From NCBI GenBank assembly GCA_964546845.1, contig CAZJMY010000792.1, positions 83,092 to 147,091 on the forward strand: a stretch of DNA of 64,000 bases, in the 5' to 3' direction. Within the stretch, counting starts at the first letter, position 1. Every line of letters starts with the position of its first letter. A program made the position numbers and the translations under genes. Below are positions 8,587 to 18,700 of this stretch, piece by piece. The notes beneath the pieces were generated by a model that saw nothing but the letters and a program-made list of their open reading frames with translations, did no database searches and was not told where the DNA came from. The DNA is from an uncultured Myxococcales bacterium (lineage in GTDB: Bacteria; Myxococcota_A; Polyangia; Fen-1088).

Positions 8587-9980
8587 AAGAGAAGCTCGTC
8601 CCCAGCGCATTGCTCGAGAAGGAGGGGCGTCGCCTCGACTGCGGCCCCTACCTTTCAGGCGCCATAGAGGCGAAGCTCCTACTTCAAGGACTCTCCGTCG
8701 AGAAAGTGCAACTGAGTCAGGTCACGCTCGACTTGGTCAACGCGGGCCGCATCAAGCGCCTTTGGGTTACCGATGTCGAGAAGGGGGTGCCGTTCCTCAG
8801 CAGCACCGATATCCTCGACGCTGATCTTCGATTCCTCAGCCTCATTTCGAAGCACGCGGTGCGCGACAATCCGAAGCTGACGATCCGAACCGGTTGGACG
8901 CTTGTGACACGCGCCGGGACGATCGGCCGAATGGCCTTCGCGCGACCCGAGATGAATGAAATGGCCTGTAGCGAGGATGTCCTCCGCGTCATTCCCAATC
9001 CCAAGAAGGTGCGGCCGGGCTACCTATACGCCTTTCTTTGCAGCCGGTTCGGCCTTCCGCTCGTCATCGGCGGAACGTACGGTGCCATCATCCAGCACAT
9101 CGAGCCGCAGCACATTGCGGACCTTCCAGTCCCGATCGCCCCCGACCGTATTCAGGAGGCAGCGCACAAGCTCGTCGAGGAGGCCGCCGATCTCCGAACC
9201 AAGGCGTCGGCCGAGCTGCGTGCCGTCATCCGCGACATCGAGAGGACAGCCGACCTTCCGCCGGTGGACAGCCGCTATGACGGCGGCTCGCCTGATATCT
9301 CCATCGTAAAGGCCCAGACCCTCGGCTCGAGAATGGACGGCTTGTTCCACAGCGGCTTCCACCGTTCCGTGCTCGCTCCCCTGCTACGGCTGCCGGCAAA
9401 TCGGAGGGCGACGGTCGGCGATTTCGCGACCCGCGTCTTCGAGCCGCTGAGATTCAAGCGCATCAACGTCGATGACCCAAACCACGGCGTGCCCTTCTTC
9501 GGGACCTCCGACATCATGCGTTCCGAGCCGGTCGCTGGTCAGTACATCGTGAAACGTACACCTGGGCTCGATGATCTGGTCGTCAGCCCCAGCACCATCC
9601 TGATCCCGCGCTCAGGTCAGCTCGTAGGGATCATCGGGCACGCCGTTCTTCCTCACGGCGACATTGTCGGAGGTGCCGTGAGCGAAGACGCCATTCGCGT
9701 GGTGGCGCCCGACGACGCGACAGCTGGATACCTCTTTGCCTGCATCTCGTCGGAGTATGGGCGACGCCAGCTCAAGGCTCGCGCATTCGGATCGTCGATT
9801 CCACATCTCGACGTGCGGATGATCCGCTCGACAGTCGTCCCTCGCCTCTCTGACGACTCGATCAAGAGCCTCGGGCTGCGCGCGTTCCAGGTGGCAGTAG
9901 CGCGCTCAAATGCAGTCCGCAACGAGCGCGAAGCGAGAGCCGTCGTGGAGCGCTGGATCGAACGGAAGGGGGCGTCCTGA
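8583..9980 (+). CDS. Type I R-M-like specificity (S) subunit with two target-recognition halves
   Basis: There are two internally repeated halves. Each has a 'GVPFLSSTDI / GVPFFGTSDI' entry, a 'LVTRAGTIGRMA / LIPRSGQLVGII' core and a 'GYLYAFL / GYLFACI ... IQHIEPQHIADLPVP / IPHLDVRMIRSTVVP' tail, as in Methylase_S domains. The GTG start overlaps the upstream TGA. Confidence 0.8.
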   Translation: MKEKLVPSALLEKEGRRLDCGPYLSGAIEAKLLLQGLSVEKVQLSQVTLDLVNAGRIKRLWVTDVEKGVPFLSSTDILDADLRFLSLISKHAVRDNPKLTIRTGWTLVTRAGTIGRMAFARPEMNEMACSEDVLRVIPNPKKVRPGYLYAFLCSRFGLPLVIGGTYGAIIQHIEPQHIADLPVPIAPDRIQEAAHKLVEEAADLRTKASAELRAVIRDIERTADLPPVDSRYDGGSPDISIVKAQTLGSRMDGLFHSGFHRSVLAPLLRLPANRRATVGDFATRVFEPLRFKRINVDDPNHGVPFFGTSDIMRSEPVAGQYIVKRTPGLDDLVVSPSTILIPRSGQLVGIIGHAVLPHGDIVGGAVSEDAIRVVAPDDATAGYLFACISSEYGRRQLKARAFGSSIPHLDVRMIRSTVVPRLSDDSIKSLGLRAFQVAVARSNAVRNEREARAVVERWIERKGAS

Positions 9981-12900
9981 TGGCCCGAGTCATCGCCATC
10001 GGCCAGCCAGTGAACGACTCTGAGCGCGAGGCGATCGCGTTTCTTCGGGATCACCTGCCGAACAGCTACGTCGTCATCCACAACTTCGAGCTGAAGCAGG
10101 GCCACGAGCTCTACGAGATCGATATCGCGCTCCTCGCGCCGCACGCCGTCTTCGTTATCGACGTGAAGGGGACGCGCGGTCTGATCGACGTCTATGGGGC
10201 CAAGTGGTACCCGGAGGGCCGCGCGCCGTACCACTCGCCGCTCGCCATCCTCCGCAAACACGCCAAGGCGCTGAAGACGTTCATCTGCGATCAGCATCCT
10301 GCCGACACCGCGCTGCGCGGCGTGTATGTCGACGCCGCGGTGCTCATGACGGACCCCGGGGCTCACGTTCAAGACGCGGCCGGCCAGGACGGTCCGTCGG
10401 TCGCCTACCTCAAGAAGTGCGCCGCGTTCTTCCAGGACAAGTCACGTGTGCCGGGGACGTTCTCCTCGGACATCCGAGCCAAGCTCGGCGTCGTCGAGCA
10501 GGCGGTCGTCGGGCGTGCGAAGCCGAAGAGCGCGCCGCCCTGCTATGGGAACTGGCAGGTCGAGGAGAAGCTCGGTGGGACCGACCGATACACGGAGTAC
10601 CGCGCGAGGCACACCCTCCTCGGGGCGCGTCGTGGCGGCACCGCCCGGCTGCGCCTCTACCAGGTCGACGCCTACGTGCCGACAGAACGCCAGCGGCAGG
10701 TGAAGCTCATCAGCAACGCCTACCGCTCCCTGGCCGGCCTGCCGGGCCACCCCAACATTCTATCGGTCCGCGAGTTCTTCGACGATGAAGACGCGAAGAA
10801 CTGGGTCGCGCTCGTGACTGGGGACGTCGCCGGCCAGGCGCTGCGGCAGCACATCAAGAAGAGCAGTCTCGCGCTCACCTACGATCAGAAGCTCGCTGTC
10901 ATCCGTGATGTTCTCGCTGCACTCGATCACGCCCATCGAAACGAGCCCCAGGTCATCCACCGCAACATGACCCCGGACGCGGTGCTCATCAGCAACGCGG
11001 GGCGCGCCCTTCTCTGCGGCTTCGACTACGCGCGGGCTGGCAAGGACCGGACGAGCACTATCGCAGAGGACATCGTCGACGAGATCGATACGATCTACCA
11101 GTCGCCCGAATGCTACCGCGATCCATCGAAGGCGAGCGTCGCATCGGACCTCTACTCCGCTGGTCTCGTCTTCTACGAGCTGCTCGTTGGCGAGCCGCCC
11201 TGGTCGTCGGTCGACGACATGCTCGAGAAGGATGCCCTCTTCCCCGTCAAACCGTCCGAGGTCAAGCCCGAGCTGCCGGCCGGGTTGAACGAGTGGCTCC
11301 AGTGCCTCTGCGCCTTCGATGTCGAGAGCCGACCCAGCAGTGCCGCCGTGGCGCTCGCGCGATTCAACGACATCGTCGGCCCGGATCCACGAGAAGCAGC
11401 GAAGGCCAAGAAGGATGCGCTCCCCCCTTCTCCGCCGCGCCCGGAAATCGAATACGAGGTTCTTCAGCGCGGCACCGAGCTCGCTAACCGTTTCCGCGTC
11501 GAGGAGAAGCTCGGCTCGGGAGGCTTCGCCGTCGCCTACAAAGTGTTCGACTCCTACGCGGATACGGCGCGCGTCCTCAAGGTCATCGTAAAGGACCGGC
11601 GCTCGACGTTCCAGCGCATGAAACAGGAGTACCGGCTTCTGTCCCGTTTGGACGAGCCTCATCCGAACGTCGTTCACGTACTTTGGGCCGACAAGCTGCC
11701 AGACGAGACCCCCTACATGGTCTTCGAGTACGCGGCCGGGCTCGACGTGGGCGAGATGCTTAGCGCAGGCGCGCTTTCGCTGGAGGACGTGCGACGCATC
11801 GCCAACGACACGCTTGCTGGCCTCGAGCACCTGCACAGGAACGGTATCTTCCATCGCGACATCAAGCCGTCCAACCTCCTCTGGACCGACCAGGGTGTCC
11901 GAATTTTCGATTTCAATGTCGCCGTCCACGAGGACGACGGAGAAGCGCGCGCTGGCGGAACCCGCCGGTATATCCCGCCCGACGTGGAACTGGGCGAGAT
12001 ACTCGCCGCCGAGGACGAGATCGACCGCGACTTGTACGCGCTCGGAATCACGATCTACGAATGTGCGACCGGCAAGTACCCGTGGACGGAGATCACGCCG
12101 CCACCCAAGGTCGCCCCGACCGATCCGCGAACCCACGTCGCCGATCTCAGTCCGGAGTTCAGTCAGCTCATCGTCAAGGCGATCGCTCCTCGGAAAGCCG
12201 AGCGGTTCTCGTCGGCCGCCGAATTCCGCGCCGCGCTCGCGAGCGTGTCGAAGTTGCGTGTCTTGGCGCCGTCGCCTGCGGTGAACGTCGCGCCGAAGGC
12301 TGAAACGCCGCCGTCGCTTTCGGTCCTCCAACCTTCCAAGCCCAACTTCAATCCATTCGTCAGCCACCTGCTGACGATGTACAGCCAGAGCACGCACACG
12401 AATGCTGGCACTCGCAGCCTCGGCACTATTGGGCGCGAGACCTACGTGAAGACGCTGCTCGACGAGAAGCTGCGTCCCGCCGTTCTATCTGGCGAGTTTC
12501 GCCTCGTCATCGTCACTGGCAACGCCGGCGATGGGAAGACGACGTTCATCCAGCAGATCGAGCGCAAGATCGCCTCCGGGTTGAAGCAGCTCTCGAATGG
12601 GTCGGAGTTCGTCCTCAACGGCAGGCGGTTCCTCACGAACTACGACGGCAGTCAGGACGAAGATGATAAGGCCAACGACGACGTGCTGGAGGAGTTCCTG
12701 AAGCCATACGAGGGACGCGACGCCAGCAGCTGGCCCACCGACGAGACACGGATCATCGCCATCAATGAGGGGCGCCTCGTCGACTTTCTGACGGAGCGCG
12801 AAGAGCGGTTCACGCACTTGAAGCGGCTCGTCCTCGCTGGCCTCGGTGGTGCTCGAGCCTCGGACGGCGTCGTTACCGTGAACCTCAACCTGCGAGCCAT

Positions 12901-14119
12901 CGTGGCGAACCCGCCGGGGGCAGCCGCGGACTCGGACTCCATCTTCGACCGGCAGTTACGACGTCTGGTGCACGAACAGTTCTGGGAGCCGTGCGCCACA
13001 TGCGACATCCGTGACCGTTGCTACGTCTTCCACAACGCGCGCACGCTCATGGACCCGGTTTCGGGCCCAAAGATCGCGGAGCGGCTGCGCGGCCTATACG
13101 CGATCACTCACCTGCGGGGCCGCCTCCACCTCACGATGCGCGATTTGCGTTCGGCGCTCGCGTTTACGATCGCCGGCACGCGCGACTGCGACGAGATTCA
13201 CGCTCTCTATTCGAGGCCGGGACCAGAAGCTCGGCGGCAAATCCTCGAAGGTTTCTATTTCAACTCCTGGCGCGGCGGCGAAGGCTCGGCGGACCGTCTT
13301 CTCTCATTGCTCCGAGAGATCGACGTTGGCGAGGCGACCAACCCGGACATCGATCGCGCCCTCGACTACTTGCCGCCCAGCGCGCGAGAGATGGCGAGAT
13401 TCTCGTTTGCCCACCGCGGCGACTACGACTCGCAGCTACTCGATCGAATGCACGGCGAACTTCCGCGCGATTCGGCGATTGGAACCGCCTGGCAGCGTGT
13501 CAGCGACCATCGCGAGTACGTCGCGATGTTGCGGCGGCGCCAGTTCTTCGAGCGCCGCGACGACAAGTGGGAAGAGATGCTGCCGTACCGGAAGTGGAAC
13601 GAGTTTTGGCGCCTCGTGACGGGAAAATCTGAGCCCGCGATCTACCTCGACGACCTACTCACGGCCATCAACCGCGGCGAGGGGCTCAGCGACCCCAAGC
13701 GCCTCGGTAACACGCTGGCGCTTCGGGTGCGCGTGGTCGAGCACGGCACGATTCGCAGCTACCGACTTTTCCCGGGCGACAAGTTCCAGCTCGTCTTGCC
13801 GACCACCGGGAGCAACGACTTCGTCGAGCACATCCCGCAGACGCTGCGGCTCATCTACTCGTCGCCATCGGGGCACCAGGCGGAGCTGCTGGTCAGCCTG
13901 GATGTCTACGAGATGCTGGCGCGGCTGAATGACGGCTACCGGCCGAGCCTCGAGGAGCTGCAGGGCTACTACCTGAGCCTCGCGGTGTTCAAGAACGTGC
14001 TTGCTTCGGCCCCCTACCAGGAGGTGCTTCTCACCCGGACGGGTCACGACTTCTACCGCGTCCGGCGCGAGGCCGCGGGAACGCTGTACCTCGAGGCGCT
14101 CGAGGGAGGGGCGAGCTGA
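9980..14119 (+). CDS. NERD domain + degenerate kinase + Ser/Thr protein kinase + C-terminal P-loop NTPase fusion protein (1379 aa)
   Basis: The N-terminus 'EREAIAFLRDHLP...YEIDIALLAPHAVFVIDVKG' is a NERD/PD-(D/E)xK-like domain. Kinase-like domain 1 has 'VIHRNMTPDAVL' and 'CGFDYA'. Kinase domain 2 has 'GSGGFAVAY', 'ARVLKVI', 'FHRDIKPSNLL' and 'IFDFNVA'. A Walker A 'VIVTGNAGDGKTTFIQ' is followed by 'RIIAINEGRL'. The ATG shares its A with the upstream TGA (TGATG). Confidence 0.85.
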   Translation: MARVIAIGQPVNDSEREAIAFLRDHLPNSYVVIHNFELKQGHELYEIDIALLAPHAVFVIDVKGTRGLIDVYGAKWYPEGRAPYHSPLAILRKHAKALKTFICDQHPADTALRGVYVDAAVLMTDPGAHVQDAAGQDGPSVAYLKKCAAFFQDKSRVPGTFSSDIRAKLGVVEQAVVGRAKPKSAPPCYGNWQVEEKLGGTDRYTEYRARHTLLGARRGGTARLRLYQVDAYVPTERQRQVKLISNAYRSLAGLPGHPNILSVREFFDDEDAKNWVALVTGDVAGQALRQHIKKSSLALTYDQKLAVIRDVLAALDHAHRNEPQVIHRNMTPDAVLISNAGRALLCGFDYARAGKDRTSTIAEDIVDEIDTIYQSPECYRDPSKASVASDLYSAGLVFYELLVGEPPWSSVDDMLEKDALFPVKPSEVKPELPAGLNEWLQCLCAFDVESRPSSAAVALARFNDIVGPDPREAAKAKKDALPPSPPRPEIEYEVLQRGTELANRFRVEEKLGSGGFAVAYKVFDSYADTARVLKVIVKDRRSTFQRMKQEYRLLSRLDEPHPNVVHVLWADKLPDETPYMVFEYAAGLDVGEMLSAGALSLEDVRRIANDTLAGLEHLHRNGIFHRDIKPSNLLWTDQGVRIFDFNVAVHEDDGEARAGGTRRYIPPDVELGEILAAEDEIDRDLYALGITIYECATGKYPWTEITPPPKVAPTDPRTHVADLSPEFSQLIVKAIAPRKAERFSSAAEFRAALASVSKLRVLAPSPAVNVAPKAETPPSLSVLQPSKPNFNPFVSHLLTMYSQSTHTNAGTRSLGTIGRETYVKTLLDEKLRPAVLSGEFRLVIVTGNAGDGKTTFIQQIERKIASGLKQLSNGSEFVLNGRRFLTNYDGSQDEDDKANDDVLEEFLKPYEGRDASSWPTDETRIIAINEGRLVDFLTEREERFTHLKRLVLAGLGGARASDGVVTVNLNLRAIVANPPGAAADSDSIFDRQLRRLVHEQFWEPCATCDIRDRCYVFHNARTLMDPVSGPKIAERLRGLYAITHLRGRLHLTMRDLRSALAFTIAGTRDCDEIHALYSRPGPEARRQILEGFYFNSWRGGEGSADRLLSLLREIDVGEATNPDIDRALDYLPPSAREMARFSFAHRGDYDSQLLDRMHGELPRDSAIGTAWQRVSDHREYVAMLRRRQFFERRDDKWEEMLPYRKWNEFWRLVTGKSEPAIYLDDLLTAINRGEGLSDPKRLGNTLALRVRVVEHGTIRSYRLFPGDKFQLVLPTTGSNDFVEHIPQTLRLIYSSPSGHQAELLVSLDVYEMLARLNDGYRPSLEELQGYYLSLAVFKNVLASAPYQEVLLTRTGHDFYRVRREAAGTLYLEALEGGAS

Positions 14120-15783
14120 TGGGCATCAAGGGCCGAGACCAGGAGTTCAGCCTGAAGAAGCTCTCCTACATCGATTTCAAGCCCCTGAACATGGACAGGG
14201 TGCTCACGATGCTCTTCCCGCGGTTGCGCTTCGGCGGCTACGGCACGCGACGCCCGCCGAGGAAGAACGAGCTGACGGTCGGCGATTTCGCTCGCGAGTA
14301 CCTCAAAGATCCGAAGATGTTTGTCGGCTTCGCCGAGCATCAGGACGTCGTCGAACGGTGGATCGAGACCGATCTCATGGACATGGTGAACCGCGGTCGG
14401 CCAAATCAGGCCCTCGCGGCACCGCGCCCGCTGCACGGGAACACATACAAGTTCCGCAACGCTCGCCATGCACGGGATTACGGCGCGGCCGAGCACCTGT
14501 ACTGGATGCTCTACTATGCCCGCGACGGGCGTGGGCAGACCGCTCGCGATGCGCTCACTCGCTTCTTCTTCCCTGGCGTGGATCTCCACACGGACAAGTA
14601 CGACCCGTCAGCGTCGGTCGACGTCGAGACCCAGGCGCTCCTCCACTTCGACCGGCAGGTCACGGTGGACACGCGGGACTCGCAGGACCCCGATCGCTTC
14701 CCGCCCTTGTGCGTGGGCCAGGTGGATCTGCTAGCGGACGATACGCTGCGCCTGCTGGCTTATGAGCCCTACATCCCGCGCTCGGTCCTCGTCGAGTACC
14801 TGAAGACTCTCTTCGCGTTCCACCTCGGGCTGTACCACCTTCGACTGATCAAGCTCCTGCCCTCGCTCGTTCGTAGGCGCGGGGCAGATCCGATCTGCGA
14901 GCCCAAGAATTGCCCGGTTGCGCCGGGCGATCTTCAGGCTCACGGCGGCTGCCCGTACCGCGTCTACTTGCTCGTGGATCTTGGGAACGACCTCGACAGC
15001 CACATGGCCAGCCTGGCGAGACACAGCGCCGACGTCCATTACCGCCGCATCCCCAACTACATCGCAGCCCATTACCTCGTCCGCAAGCTTGACGAGTTCG
15101 CCGACTACTTGAGCAAGAAGATCGGCAAGCTCGCGGCGCCGCCAAGCGGCTTCTTTGGGATCGGAGACTTGCTCCGCCTCCTCGAACCACCGTTCGCGGG
15201 CGAGCGCGACGGCTACTTCAAAATGCGACTGGCCGGCCTTCTGGAGGACACCGCTGGCGAAACGCGAGAGGAAATCGATCCAGAGGTTCGGCGTGTCACC
15301 GAGATGGGGCTCAACGACCTCGACATGTTCATCGAGATCCTGATGGCGGTGCGGGGCTCCTATCACCGCAAGTACATCACCGAGTTCCTCGACTCAGTGT
15401 TCAAGCGGGGCGACGCCGGCGCCATGCACCAGTCAAGGGGGAGCGCGCGACGATTCTCGATGGGAAGTCTTCTGCTCGAGGTTCTTCTCCAGATCGCGGT
15501 TCTCCGCCCCACGGCGACGAGCTTCTACACGCGCGAGCTTCGCATCGATGAGCTGCTGACGTTCCTGCAGCAGCGCTACGGGCTCTACATCGACCGCCTT
15601 CCACCTGGAGACGGTTTCGGCACGGCAAGCATCAACGACCTTGCCGCGCTCCGCGGAAACGCGGAGCGCTTCAAGGCGAGGCTGCAGGAGATTGGCTTCT
15701 TCCGCGACCTCTCCGACGCGTACATCACGCAGACGATCACGCCCCGCTATGCCATCGCGGCCCCGACTGGAGCTGCGCGATGA
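14119..15783 (+). CDS. Hypothetical protein (554 aa), no recognisable motif; middle gene of the putative restriction arm
   Basis: A long ORF translationally coupled at both ends (TGATG at 14117-14121, ATGA at 15780-15783). I could not recognise any catalytic motif. Confidence 0.7.
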   Translation: MGIKGRDQEFSLKKLSYIDFKPLNMDRVLTMLFPRLRFGGYGTRRPPRKNELTVGDFAREYLKDPKMFVGFAEHQDVVERWIETDLMDMVNRGRPNQALAAPRPLHGNTYKFRNARHARDYGAAEHLYWMLYYARDGRGQTARDALTRFFFPGVDLHTDKYDPSASVDVETQALLHFDRQVTVDTRDSQDPDRFPPLCVGQVDLLADDTLRLLAYEPYIPRSVLVEYLKTLFAFHLGLYHLRLIKLLPSLVRRRGADPICEPKNCPVAPGDLQAHGGCPYRVYLLVDLGNDLDSHMASLARHSADVHYRRIPNYIAAHYLVRKLDEFADYLSKKIGKLAAPPSGFFGIGDLLRLLEPPFAGERDGYFKMRLAGLLEDTAGETREEIDPEVRRVTEMGLNDLDMFIEILMAVRGSYHRKYITEFLDSVFKRGDAGAMHQSRGSARRFSMGSLLLEVLLQIAVLRPTATSFYTRELRIDELLTFLQQRYGLYIDRLPPGDGFGTASINDLAALRGNAERFKARLQEIGFFRDLSDAYITQTITPRYAIAAPTGAAR

Positions 15784-18700
15784 GCACCGGCTTCCGTGCG
15801 CTACCCGGCGCGGATGTCACCCGCGCGGTAGAGGAGCTCCTCTTGCCGCGCCTCGCGGGCGCGCTTCGGGAGAAGGCGGCCGGTCACTGCATGCGCGTGA
15901 CCGACTTGGACCGGGACCTGATGGTCGCTCTCGCCAAGGGGTTGCGAAAGGAGGCCCCAGGCGCATCCGTATACGTTCTGGCTGACGGAGCGGCAGGAGG
16001 CGACGACCTCTGCGTTTCGTCGACAAAGCTGGTCGAGCTCCGCAACCCCCAGGCAGATGGCTCGCTGCGCTCGCCGCTCTGCGTCTTCTTGCCCGCGAAC
16101 GTGCGCACCAGCGCGGAGGATTCCTTCGGGCGAGCGACGTTTGAGGAGTTCCCGGTGGGCGACTCATACCAAGCGCTCTGCCGTCGTCTCCTCGAGCGTG
16201 TACCGGCGACGCTTCAGGGCTATGTCCGGGACGTGCTCCAGTACCTCGCCAACCAGGCATGGCGCTGGGCAAACGCCATCGGCCAAGTCCGCTACCTTCT
16301 CTGCGCTCTTGCCAACGGCAACGATGGCGAGGCCTTCGGCGGTGCGCTCTACGAGCTGGGGCTCGTGCCAGACTTCAAGCTGTTCGACGATCCCACGACC
16401 TCGTACGGACGCATCCGCAAGAACCTCGAGTGCGTCCGGATGCTCACCGACTCCGACCAGTCGATCCGATCGCGGGTGCTCGAGCTTGGCCTGATCAACA
16501 AGGGCCTACGGAGGCGTCTTGCCGAGTACCTCGTCGAGGCAGGCGTCGAAGATCCATCCGCGTGGACACGTGAGGTGGTCCTCAACAAGACCAACTGGGA
16601 CCTTTCGTTCGACAAGTGGGAGTTCGCGTCGGAGATCGCTCCCGACAAGATTTCATTCCTGCGCGTTGAGACCGATCTCCCCGTCGTCGCCGAGAACGAG
16701 AAGAGCGAGCGCCTCATCGACCTCGTCGGGCAGCAAGTCCTCGCCCCGAAGGAGCGGCGGCAGTTCAATGTGACTGTCGAGGTCAAGCCGCATCCCGGCC
16801 AGGTCCAGGGCCTCGAGCACTTCACCGTTCAGATCATGTCTCGGGACTCTGGCCCGGTGGGCGTTGCCCGCAAGGTCAAGGTCTGGAAGGCACCGCGGGC
16901 AACCTGCACGGTTTCATTCACCAAGCTCAACAAGATCGAGTTCGAAGAGGGATGGCACTTCGTCCGCGTCCTCCCCTGGACCGCAGAAGGTGATCCAATA
17001 CCGATCGAAGAGCCGACCGAGCAGGCCGCGAAGCGCTCCAACGAGAGCGAGCCCTTCTACGTCTTGCCCGACGCTGACCTCGAAGAGGAACCACCGCAGC
17101 GAGCCATCCCTAAAGCAGACAGCGTGGAGCATGCGCGGATCGATCGCCAGTTCACGGCCGTCCTTCAGCGCCGCGACGCACTCGCGGTCCGCCCCGAGAG
17201 CATCGGCTGGTCGCAGCGAACCACGCAGGGAAGGCTGGCCGCACAGGAAACCATCGAGGCGAAGTTCGGAAAGGAAGGCGCGTTCCAGATCGCCGTCGCC
17301 CGATGGATGAAGCACATCGAGCAGCGGATCCTCTCCAACCCGGAACGACCGGTGAGCTGGCGGATGCAGATCCACCTTGGTCAACCGGAGTTCCCAACGG
17401 GCGACATCGCAGAATGGCCTGCGTCTACGGCGGTGCGCAGCTTCCTCGACGCACGTGCGACGTACTTCGCTCGCGTGCTGCAGGGCACGAAAGAGCTCGT
17501 TTCTCAGGGGCTCGACTTCCTCTCGGCGGCGCCCGAGATCGTCGCTTACGCAGGCGCCTACGTTGACCTCGTCAAAGACTTCTCAGCCAAGGTCGAACGC
17601 GAGGCCGGTGCAGACCAGCTCAAGGCCATCATCGCACTGCGTACCGCGCTTGCCGTCGACTCGGTCCGGCTCGTCGTAGAGGATTACCGCGGGCACGTTC
17701 GGGAAGCCGCTCTTCTCGGTCCAACACACCCGCTCCGCGCCCTCCAGCAACTTGGATGGGCGCAGCTCGGGGCAGCGTGGGTGCGCACGACTGCAAAGGG
17801 TCCGGAGGAGCACGTCAGCCCCGCACGCGACGCGCTTCTCCGAGGCATCTCGTCGGCGAATTTCCCGCCGATGCTTCCGACCAGCGACGGCCGCGTTTTC
17901 CTAGCGGTCGACAACATCCATCCGTTTTGGGTGCTCTATGCACCTGCAACCGAGGAAGATCCGCGAGGGCTCCTGGGCGACATCTGTGCCGCACTCGGGC
18001 TGCCAGAGCCGTCAATTGGCGGCGCCGTCATCACAGGCGACGTTCTGGCCTCGCGAGTCGAGCGCTACCTGGTGCAGCACCCGTATGTGCGTACCCTGAC
18101 GGTCAACGCCTTCAACCCCGGACGCGCCACGGTGCTCGCGGGCGCGCTGACGTCGCTGCAGCGCCAGGAGGCATTCAAAGACCTCCGATACGACCTGCGC
18201 CTGTTCGTACCTGACCCGGACGCACCGGGCGTTGGCGAGGCCATCACGTCGCTACTCGCAGGCGAGGGGACAGCCGCTGGCGAGGCCTTCTCGATCCCGA
18301 GTCGCAGTCACGTCTTCCCGAAGCTCAACGTCGCCGTCCGATCCACGAAGGACTTCAGGGCCGACCCGATGCGCTACAGGGCGCACCTCAGTTTCCTCTT
18401 CGAGGTGTTCCCGCCTGAGGAAGTCGCTGCCGGACGCCCGTTCCGCCCGGAGCGAACGGTGCCTCTTCATGGCTTGGTCCAGGACTTCGCGGTGCGCTTC
18501 CGTGACGACGACACAGGAACGGGCTGGGAGCGGCAGCCGCGGCACGGGGCGCCCCTGGCCATCGAGGCAGGCGAGGACACCTCTGCGCTGCTCGGCGCGC
18601 TCCCGACGCTCATCTCGGCGGCCACGGCAACCGTGGCGAGGGCAACTCCTGACTTCGCGTCACGACCAATCATTCGACTCGAGCTGGACGCCGATGAACG

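Noticed and set aside
10760-12397. 545-aa minus-strand ORF
   Set aside because: It is antisense to the kinase domains of 9980-14119, which carry canonical kinase motifs. It is a GC-rich antisense artefact.
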